Shown piece after piece: positions 17,578 to 24,450 of a stretch of DNA of 24,450 bases (the stretch's first letter is position 1; each line of letters begins with the position of its first letter). The stretch lies in assembly GCA_027593235.1 (NCBI GenBank), contig JAQCIU010000044.1, positions 1-24,450 on the forward strand, read 5' to 3'. The stretch is from Chloroflexota bacterium. GTDB lineage: Bacteria > Chloroflexota > Dehalococcoidia > UBA2979. The notes under the pieces are model-generated. The model was not told the origin of the DNA and did no database searches. It saw only the letters and a list, made by a program, of their open reading frames with translations. Both the position numbers and the translations under genes were made by a program.

Positions 17578-18177
17578 TTAGACCGGCTGTCGCACCCCGG
17601 CGAGTTCGAGGCCGCCATGCGTGTTCACGTTGAAGAGCGCGCGGTAGTCGTACCCGTTGCGGAGCCAGTCGGCGTCCGGATCCAGCCGGTCCGCCACCAG
17701 CAACACGCCGGCGACGACCGCGCCGGCGGCTTCGACGGCCTCGAGGGCGACGCGGATCGAGCCGCCCGTGGTTAGCGCGTCCTCGACGACCAGCGCGCGC
17801 GCGCCGGGTACGAGGACCTCGGTGCCGTTCTCCTGCAAACCCTGGAAGACCGCGGACTCGGTGCCGTGGTCCTTCTTCTCGCTCCGCACGTAGAACGTGT
17901 CGATGTCCCGTCCGCGCTCCAGCGCGGAGACCACGGCCATCTGCTCGACCAGTGGCACCGCTCCGACGGCAGGGCCACCCAGCGTGTCGAACTCGATGCC
18001 GGCAGCGAGGTCCCACAGCGCCCGCGCCAGCGTCACCTTCGCTCCGCCTGCCAGCATCCCTGCCTTGCCGTTGTAGTAATAGTGACTCTTTTTGCCGGAG
18101 GCGAGGGTGAAATCGCCGCGCAGAATGCAGCGGGCTTCGAGCGTTCGCCGCAACTCCTCGAGCGCTGATTGGTCCAT
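17578..18177 (-). CDS. pyrE: Orotate phosphoribosyltransferase
   Basis: GDFTLASGKKSHYY, GGPAVGAVP, VRSEKKDHGT, PRPP motif LVVEDALTTGGS; AAGGAG RBS before ATG 18177. Confidence 0.92.
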   Translation of the reverse strand: MDQSALEELRRTLEARCILRGDFTLASGKKSHYYYNGKAGMLAGGAKVTLARALWDLAAGIEFDTLGGPAVGAVPLVEQMAVVSALERGRDIDTFYVRSEKKDHGTESAVFQGLQENGTEVLVPGARALVVEDALTTGGSIRVALEAVEAAGAVVAGVLLVADRLDPDADWLRNGYDYRALFNVNTHGGLELAGVRQPV

Positions 18178-18194
18178 GACTGCTCCTTGCCCAC

Positions 18195-18314
18195 CGGCGC
18201 CGTTCGACGCACCGACCTGACTTACGGCGCCGTTCGGCGCACTGACCTGACTTACAGCGCCGTTCGGCGCACCGACCTGACTTACGGCGCCGTTCGGCTC
18301 ACTCACCTGACCGC
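18195..18314. repeat. 30-bp tandem repeat, about 4 copies, between lepB and pyrE
   Basis: Units near CGGCGCCGTTCGGCGCACCGACCTGACTTA start at 18195, 18225, 18255 and 18285 (last one degenerate, overlapping the lepB stop); no spacers. Confidence 0.93.
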
Positions 18315-19043
18315 CGATAGCTCCGCGGTCACTGCTGACTCCGGGTGCGGGTGCTGAACCATCCCGATCTGGTCAAACGGCCAGTAGCGGATGTCCGCCC
18401 GCCCGATCACCAGATCTTCCGGGAGCATCCCCCAGTTCCGCGAGTCGAAGGAGTTCTCTCGGTTGTCACCCATGACGAACAGCATGCCGTCAGGCACCAC
18501 CTGTTCGGGCAGATCCCCAGACCAGCTACCCGTCAGGTACGACTCGTTCTGCGGCACCCCATCGACGATGACCACGCCGTCCTGGATGGCCACGGTCTGG
18601 CCTTCGCTGGCGATCACCCGCTTGATGAAGTCCCGGCTGATGTCCCCGGGATAGATGAAGACCACGATGTCACCGGAGTCGGGCCGCCCGAATGGACGCC
18701 AATGGTCTTCATCGACTCCCGGGAGCCACGACAGATCCACGGAGAGATACGCCAGGCGATTCACGATCAGGAGCTGGTTGTTCTCGAAGGTCGGCTGCAT
18801 CGACTCGCCTTCGACGATGAAGTTCTGGCCAACCGCCCGGACCGCCAGGAACATGATGATCGCCAGCGCGACGACTTCCAGCGTTTCGGAAAGCTGCGAA
18901 AGCCCCCACGGCCAGACCGCCCGCATTGGGTGACGCGGGGCTGCGGGAATCCAGGGATCCACCTCATCCAACCCGGCGTGAGTCGTAAACGGGGGCCGAA
19001 GGGGTTGCGTGGCGAACGCGTCGTCGCCCGGGAGCTGCAGCAT
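18303..19043 (-). CDS. lepB: Signal peptidase I
   Basis: TM anchor, catalytic Ser in VEGESMQPT, catalytic Lys in DFIKRVIA, box E MGDNRENSFDSRNWG. Confidence 0.95.
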   Translation of the reverse strand: MLQLPGDDAFATQPLRPPFTTHAGLDEVDPWIPAAPRHPMRAVWPWGLSQLSETLEVVALAIIMFLAVRAVGQNFIVEGESMQPTFENNQLLIVNRLAYLSVDLSWLPGVDEDHWRPFGRPDSGDIVVFIYPGDISRDFIKRVIASEGQTVAIQDGVVIVDGVPQNESYLTGSWSGDLPEQVVPDGMLFVMGDNRENSFDSRNWGMLPEDLVIGRADIRYWPFDQIGMVQHPHPESAVTAELSAVR

Positions 19044-19049
19044 TGATCG

Positions 19050-19055
19050 AGTATA
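19050..19055 (-). promoter_or_regulatory. -10 element of a probable leaderless lepB transcript
   Basis: TATACT lies 6 nt upstream of ATG 19043 with no SD in between. Confidence 0.55.
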
Positions 19056-19167
19056 GACCGGCTCCCGCGAATCCCGCCGCTCGTCTCAACGCCGGTAACT
19101 GCTACGCTCTGCCCTTCGAGCACGGAACGAGGTCGCGGCGGCGGGTGAGCCTTGTTCCGGGACTCCG

Positions 19168-19821
19168 GTGAGCACGCGAACAGGCATGGTCGACCCTCCC
19201 AGCGTCAGGATCCCGGTGGATGACGCCGCACTCGAGGCGCTGATCGCGCGCGCCCAGGACGGCGATCTGCCGTCGTTCAACTCACTCGTGGTCCGCTTTC
19301 AGGATCCTGTCTACAGTCTCGCGTTGCGAATGCTCGGGTCGCAGGAAGCGGCGGAGGACGCGACGCAGGAGGCATTCATCCGCGCGTGGCGCCGGATCGA
19401 TACGTTCCGCGGCGGCCGCTTCCAATCCTGGCTGTTCACGATCGTCGCCAACCTCTCGCGTGACGAGTTGCGCCGCCGCGGCCGGCGGCCGCAGACCTCG
19501 CTGGACGCGGCGCGCGACGATCCCAACCGCGCGTCCCTGGACCCCGTCGACGATCGGCCATCACCCGAGGCGGTCGCCGAGCAGGGCGATCTGCGCGCGA
19601 TCCTGGAATCCGCGCTCGCCCAACTCCCAGACGACTGGCGCGAAATCGTGTTGCTGTCCGACGTGCAGGACCTGGCGTACGACGAGATCGCGCGCATTAC
19701 TGGATTGCCGCTTGGGACCGTGAAATCGCGCCTCAGCCGGGCGCGAGGGCGGCTACGGGACATCATTTCGGCCGCTGCGGAACCGAATGTGGTCCCCGGT
19801 CGTCTGAGTGATAGGCGGTGA
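19168..19821 (+). CDS. ECF (sigma70 group 4) RNA polymerase sigma factor
   Basis: AQDGDLPSFNSLV, AEDATQEAFIRAW, FQSWLFTIVAN, region 4 LAYDEIARITGLPLGTVKSRLSRAR; start may be ATG 19186. Confidence 0.95.
   Translation: MSTRTGMVDPPSVRIPVDDAALEALIARAQDGDLPSFNSLVVRFQDPVYSLALRMLGSQEAAEDATQEAFIRAWRRIDTFRGGRFQSWLFTIVANLSRDELRRRGRRPQTSLDAARDDPNRASLDPVDDRPSPEAVAEQGDLRAILESALAQLPDDWREIVLLSDVQDLAYDEIARITGLPLGTVKSRLSRARGRLRDIISAAAEPNVVPGRLSDRR
19779..19805 (+). promoter_or_regulatory. ECF-type promoter embedded in the 3' end of the sigma gene
   Basis: GGAACC-16 nt-CGTCT, just upstream of the anti-sigma start. Confidence 0.6.
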
Positions 19822-20987
19822 TCCCCATGTTTGGTTGGCTTAGTCGAAATCGCTCCCCTCAGGACCGCGGATCGCGGCGGGCCGTTGACGCCCCCCCGAC
19901 GCCGGCGGAACGACTCGACGAACTGCTCTCCGCTTACCTCGATGACGCGCTGACCGCGGCTGAGCAACTGGAGCTGGACGCCCGCCTGGCCGCCGATCCG
20001 TCCGCGCGCACGGCGCTTGATGGCATGCGTCTGGTCAAGGACACCCTCGCAACGCTGGAGGTGGTCCCCGCGCCACGGTCCTTCGCGATCCTCGCTCCAC
20101 CGGTGCCGGCCGCGCGGCGGGGCCTCGGGCGCTTCGATCTGATCGCACGCGTCGGCGCGATGACCGCCGCCGTCGCCTTCGTCGCCGTGCTCGCCGGCGA
20201 CTTCAGCAGCGGCGGCACGCCGCTCTCCGAGGGCACCAGCATCAGCGAGGTCGCGTTGTCCGCGGATCGCAGCGCTGCCCTCCCCGCCGGGGCCGCCGAG
20301 GCACCGAACGCCGCGCCTGCCGGTGATGCTGCCGCCGCGACCGGTGCCGCTCCAGACTCCACCCCCGCGCCCCAGACCGACCTTGCGGCTGCGGCGTCCT
20401 CCGGCGCCGCCCCCACGGCGGAAGGTACCGCCGAGGTCACCGCGGCCAGCGCGGAGATGAACGCCACCCAGGCGCCCACCCCCCTCGCACCGGGTGGCGC
20501 CGCCGCGGCCGACGCAACTGCTGAGGACGCCGGAACCGACGGCGATTCGCCTGCGGCTGACGACGCAACTGCACGCAACCTCGAGTCGGCTCCCGGTGGT
20601 ATTGGCGGCGGTCTCGAGGGCACGCAGGCGCCGGCGGGCACCGCCGATTCGGCTGTCACCGACCCACCCGTCGCCGCACCGGAAGCCGGATCCGCGGCAT
20701 CCAGCGCCAGCAAGAGCGACCCGACGACCGATGGCGCGACGGCGGACGCTGGTAGCGTCGCCAGCGAGTACGGCTCGGGAACCACGGACGGTGATGCGTC
20801 GTTAGACCAGCAGTCCGGAGAGACGTCCGCTACCTCCGCGAACGCGGATGAGGTCGGCGCTCTTTCCGCGGACGACCGCGAAGCCTCGGGCCTCGCGATC
20901 GCCCTCGGCGCGGTCACCGCTTCACTGGCGGCCGTGTCCGGCATGCTCTGGTGGCGACGTCGCAACGGGACGGCAGGTCCCGTCTAG
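19818..20987 (+). CDS. Putative membrane anti-sigma factor
   Basis: GTGA overlap with the sigma stop; ASD-like ELLSAYLDDAL and PAPRSF; TM helix; long Ala/Asp/Thr/Ser low-complexity region; second TM ending WWRRR. Confidence 0.8.
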   Translation: MIPMFGWLSRNRSPQDRGSRRAVDAPPTPAERLDELLSAYLDDALTAAEQLELDARLAADPSARTALDGMRLVKDTLATLEVVPAPRSFAILAPPVPAARRGLGRFDLIARVGAMTAAVAFVAVLAGDFSSGGTPLSEGTSISEVALSADRSAALPAGAAEAPNAAPAGDAAAATGAAPDSTPAPQTDLAAAASSGAAPTAEGTAEVTAASAEMNATQAPTPLAPGGAAAADATAEDAGTDGDSPAADDATARNLESAPGGIGGGLEGTQAPAGTADSAVTDPPVAAPEAGSAASSASKSDPTTDGATADAGSVASEYGSGTTDGDASLDQQSGETSATSANADEVGALSADDREASGLAIALGAVTASLAAVSGMLWWRRRNGTAGPV

Positions 20988-21053
20988 ACAGCTACCGGAC
21001 CCGGGCTGAACCCCCGCGGTCACGAGCATTCGCACTGGAAGGGAACCACCAAC

Positions 21054-21800
21054 GTATCAGACTCAAAGACCCTGGGAGCGTTAGGCGGCATCGTCGCCGT
21101 TATCGCGCTCCTCATCGTCACCATCGTCGTGGTGATGAATGAACCGGCCGCCCAGATCACCCTCAGTGGCCAGCAGTCCTCCGGCATCGCCGTCAGCGGC
21201 AGCGGTCGCGTCGCGGTCACGCCGGACATCGCCCGCCTGGACGTCGGCGTCGAGGTCACCGGCGACACGGTCGCCAGGGCCCGCGGCGACGCGGCAAGCG
21301 CGATGGAATCGATCATGTCAGCCCTCGTTGAAAACGGCGTCGCGGAAGCAGACGTCCAGACCCGCTACTTCAACATCTACCCGCAGTACCGCTACCGCGA
21401 TGAGACTGCTCCCGAGATCATTGGCTTCACCGTCACCAACCAGGTGACCGTCACCGTCCGCAACATCGACAACGCATCGGCCGTGCTGGACGCCGCGATC
21501 GAGGCTGGCGGCGACGCGGTTCGCGTCAACGGCATCACCTTCACCGTCGAGAACCCGCAGGAGTTCCTGGACGAAGCCCGCGCCGACGCGATCAAGGACG
21601 CTCGCGCCCGTGCCGAGACCATCGCCGACGCCGCTGGTGTTGACCTCGGTTCGGTCCGCTCCATCTCCGAGTCCACCTCGTTCGTCGATGAGCAGCGCTT
21701 CGCCGCGCCGGCCGCCGCCGACACCGGTGGTGGCACCTCGATTTCGGCCGGCCAGCAGGAGCTGACCGTCAGCGTCTCCGTCATCTTCGAGGTGAAGTAG
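21054..21800 (+). CDS. SIMPL-domain (DUF541/BP26) protein
   Basis: IAVSGSGRVAVTPDIARLDVGV, DVQTRYFNIYPQY, ARADAIKDARARAE.IADAAGVDLG, ISAGQQELTVSVSVIF. A hydrophobic signal/TM segment lies in frame upstream of the called GTG 21129; the presumed start codon at 21054 reads GTA. Confidence 0.88.
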   Translation, partial: VSDSKTLGALGGIVAVIALLIVTIVVVMNEPAAQITLSGQQSSGIAVSGSGRVAVTPDIARLDVGVEVTGDTVARARGDAASAMESIMSALVENGVAEADVQTRYFNIYPQYRYRDETAPEIIGFTVTNQVTVTVRNIDNASAVLDAAIEAGGDAVRVNGITFTVENPQEFLDEARADAIKDARARAETIADAAGVDLGSVRSISESTSFVDEQRFAAPAAADTGGGTSISAGQQELTVSVSVIFEVK

Positions 21801-22020
21801 CGAGAACGAGTCGTCCCGCGGATCGGACGCCCGAGGCGCCCGGTCCGCATCAATCAGCCGCACGATGGGCAGGGACACGACCCGCCCAGGTGGTTCCTGT
21901 CCATCGTGCTGTTTGCGAGGAAGCCGCGCCCCCGAGCGCGGCTTCCGTATGCCGGGGATACGGCTCCCGAGTCCCCGCGGCCTGCGCGTCAGCGAGACCG
22001 TCGAGGTCTGCCGCCCTCGG

Positions 22021-23232
22021 TCAGCTCAGCGCGAACGCCTCCGCCGCCAGTCCGGCGATATGCCTGCCGATCTCCAGCGATGAGGTCGCGCCCGGCGACG
22101 GCGCGTTCAGCACGTGGACGGCTTGCGCCGTCCGCTCGATCGCGAAGTCGTCCAGCAGCGTCCCGTCCCGTCGCACCGCTTGCGCTCGCACGCCGGCGCC
22201 GCCGGTCACCAGGTCGTTCGCAACGATCTCCGGGATCATCTTCTGCAGATCTTTCGTGAACACGGACTTCCGCAGCGAGCGGTTCACCTCGTCGATGCCG
22301 GTGCGCCACTCGCGCCGCGCCACACGCCAGAACCCGGGGAAGCGCAGCGTCTCCGCGAAGTCTCCGAGGTTGAAGTCGCGCTTGCGGTACCCCTCGCGCG
22401 CGGTCGCCAGCACGGCGTTCGGCCCGGCCTCCACGTAGCCCTTCACGTTGCGGGTGAAGTGGACACCGAGGAACGGCAGGTCCGGATCCGGCACCGGGTA
22501 GATCAGCCCGCGCACCAGCTCTTCTCGTTCCTTCCGGAGCGTGTAGTACTCGCCTCGGAACGGGACGATTTGCAGATCGTGATCGACGCCCATCAGCGAT
22601 GCGATGCGATCGGCGTGCAGGCCGGCACAGTTGATCAGGTGCTTTGCCTGCCACTCGCCACGGTCGGTCTCGATCACGACCCCGTCCGTCTGCGGCGTGA
22701 GGTCGGTGACGCGCGTCCCCAGCTCGATCTCGCCGCCGGCCGCGCGCACCTCGGTGGCGTACTGGCGGCTCACCGCCGAGAAGTCGACGATCGCCGTCGC
22801 CGGCGACCACAGTCCCTTGATCGCCGTCACGTGCGGCTCGATCTCCGCGATGCGCTCCGGGCCGACGACCTCCAACCCCTCGACGCCGTTCGCGACGCCG
22901 CGCTCGTACAGCGTGTCCATGCGCGGTAGTTCTGCCTCCCGGCCGGCGATGATCAGCTTCCCGCAACGGTCGTACGCGATCCCGTGCCGCTCGCAGAACG
23001 CGACCATCGAGGTCCGCCCATCGACGCAGAACTGCGCCTTCAGCGAGCCCGGGCGGTAGTAGATGCCTGAGTGGATCACTCCGCTGTTGTGGCCGGTCTG
23101 CTGACCGGCGACCTCCGCACCCTTTTCGATCACGGTCAGCCGCAATCCCGGGTGTGCCTCCAACAGATGCATCGCGCTCGACAGGCCGAGGATCCCGCCC
23201 CCGATGATCGCGACGTCGTAGCTGCCGTTCAC
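22021..23232 (-). CDS. lhgO: L-2-hydroxyglutarate oxidase family FAD oxidoreductase
   Basis: YDVAIIGGGILG, QTGHNSGVIHSGIYYRPGSLKA, PFRGEYY, IYPVPDP..PFLGVHFT, AGVRAQA, HVLNAPSPGATSSL; AAGGGAG RBS before GTG 23232. Confidence 0.92.
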   Translation of the reverse strand: MNGSYDVAIIGGGILGLSSAMHLLEAHPGLRLTVIEKGAEVAGQQTGHNSGVIHSGIYYRPGSLKAQFCVDGRTSMVAFCERHGIAYDRCGKLIIAGREAELPRMDTLYERGVANGVEGLEVVGPERIAEIEPHVTAIKGLWSPATAIVDFSAVSRQYATEVRAAGGEIELGTRVTDLTPQTDGVVIETDRGEWQAKHLINCAGLHADRIASLMGVDHDLQIVPFRGEYYTLRKEREELVRGLIYPVPDPDLPFLGVHFTRNVKGYVEAGPNAVLATAREGYRKRDFNLGDFAETLRFPGFWRVARREWRTGIDEVNRSLRKSVFTKDLQKMIPEIVANDLVTGGAGVRAQAVRRDGTLLDDFAIERTAQAVHVLNAPSPGATSSLEIGRHIAGLAAEAFALS

Positions 23233-23392
23233 CGCTCTCCCTTTCGATCGCCGTCGCGCACGTTCGCAGCGGCCGCCGGGCGAATCATACAAGTGACCGT
23301 TCGACGCTCTGCCGCCCGCGTCCGTATCGTCGTGCCCAGTTCGCGCCTCGGTGGTTCCGAGGGCGCCGGTTACCTCGAGGGATACGCACACC

Positions 23393-24433
23393 ATGCTCGA
23401 TCTTGCCGATCGTCTCGCCGCCTACCCGCGCGTCACGCTCTCCACCGCGCCGACCCCGATCGAAGAGGCGGCGCGCCTCGGTGAGTCGCTCGGCGTGCGG
23501 ATGCTGCTCAAGCGCGACGATCTCACCAGCATCCCGTTCGGCGGTAATAAGGTGCGCCAGTTGGAGTTCTACTTCGGCGAGGCGCGGGCGCAGGGCGCAG
23601 ATACCGTGCTCATCACCGGCGCCGTGCAGTCCAACTACGCGCGGGCCGCGGCGGCGGTCGCGGCACGGCTCGGCATGGAGGCGCACGTCCAGCTCGAAGA
23701 GCGCGTGCCGGGCATGGGCGAGACCTACTACGCCTCCGGTAACGTGCTGCTCGACGATCTGCTGGGCGCGGTACGCCACAGCTTTCCCGAGGGCGAGAAC
23801 GAGGCCGGCGCCGACGCCGCGCTGGGCGCGCTGGCCGCCGAGCTGCGAGCCGCCGGACGTCACCCCTATATCATTCCGCTCAGCCCGGACAACCCGCCGC
23901 TCGGTGCGCTGGGCTACGTCGCGGCCGCTGCCGAGATCTTGCAGCAGATGCCCGATCTGTCCGCCGAGGTCGACGCGGTGGTGGTGCCCTCGGGCAGTTC
24001 GCTCACGCACTCCGGGCTGCTGACCGGGCTGCGTGCCCTCGACCAGGGTGTGTCGGTGTACGGCATCTGCGTGCGCCGCGATGCCGTCAGCCAGCACGCG
24101 CGCGTGCTCCGCAAGTCCAGCGAGGTCACGGCGCTCCTCGGTGCCGAGGGGCTCGTTCGTGATGCGGACGTGCGCGTCTTCGATGACGTACTCGCCCCCG
24201 GCTACGGCCGCCTCAACGACGAGGTCTTCGAGGCGATCGCGCTGACCGCCCGTACGGAGGCGCTCTACCTCGACCCGACGTACACGGGTCGGACGATGGC
24301 CGGCCTGATCCACCTCGTACGCACGGGCGCGATCGAGGCCGGGTCGACGGTGATGTTCATTCACACCGGTGGCACGCCCGCCCTCTTCGCCTACGAACCG
24401 GAGCTGCGCGCGCGACTCGACGCCGCGCGCTGA
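23393..24433 (+). CDS. D-cysteine desulfhydrase family PLP enzyme (ACC deaminase superfamily)
   Basis: LKRDD..GGNKVRQLE (PLP Lys), GAVQSN, LDPTYTG, FIHTGG; GAGG RBS before ATG 23393. Confidence 0.9.
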   Translation: MLDLADRLAAYPRVTLSTAPTPIEEAARLGESLGVRMLLKRDDLTSIPFGGNKVRQLEFYFGEARAQGADTVLITGAVQSNYARAAAAVAARLGMEAHVQLEERVPGMGETYYASGNVLLDDLLGAVRHSFPEGENEAGADAALGALAAELRAAGRHPYIIPLSPDNPPLGALGYVAAAAEILQQMPDLSAEVDAVVVPSGSSLTHSGLLTGLRALDQGVSVYGICVRRDAVSQHARVLRKSSEVTALLGAEGLVRDADVRVFDDVLAPGYGRLNDEVFEAIALTARTEALYLDPTYTGRTMAGLIHLVRTGAIEAGSTVMFIHTGGTPALFAYEPELRARLDAAR

Positions 24434-24450
24434 GCCGCGGCGCGGGCGGC

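Noticed and set aside
18195-18314. CRISPR array
   Set aside because: The 30-bp units are directly adjacent with no unique spacers, and no cas genes are present.
23393-24433. True ACC deaminase (acdS)
   Set aside because: It has DPTYTG and HTGG rather than the DPVYEG and HLGG (Glu/Leu) residues diagnostic for ACC deaminase.

Overview
GC-rich bacterial window whose gene content suggests Chloroflexota/Dehalococcoidia-like origin (inference from the Tat-lipoprotein ABC binding protein with an 'NYW..R.SRR' N-terminus, the tandem CoA-transferase and the small CxHHW..CxxC protein). In order it encodes an APC permease with tandem USP domains split by a frameshift, TetR, an orphan DppC-like permease with an in-frame TAA, tRNA-Lys(TTT), and an asparagine-synthetase-like enzyme lacking the catalytic Cys. 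That enzyme is divergent from an unannotated 33-aa ORF with a lasso-peptide-type leader (YxxPxI...T), the best candidate for an undescribed system. Next come a small Cys/His protein, a double-domain family III CoA-transferase, a peptide/nickel ABC SBP plus two permeases, a soluble globin-coupled chemoreceptor, and an HTH regulator broken by TGA at a conserved Trp position. The rest is a thioesterase, pyrE, a 30-bp tandem repeat, lepB, an ECF sigma/anti-sigma pair with an internal ECF-type promoter, a SIMPL protein, lhgO and a D-cysteine desulfhydrase-family enzyme. Four apparent single-base lesions in 24 kb point to sequencing/consensus error or recent pseudogenisation. No CRISPR array, integrase or transposase was seen.
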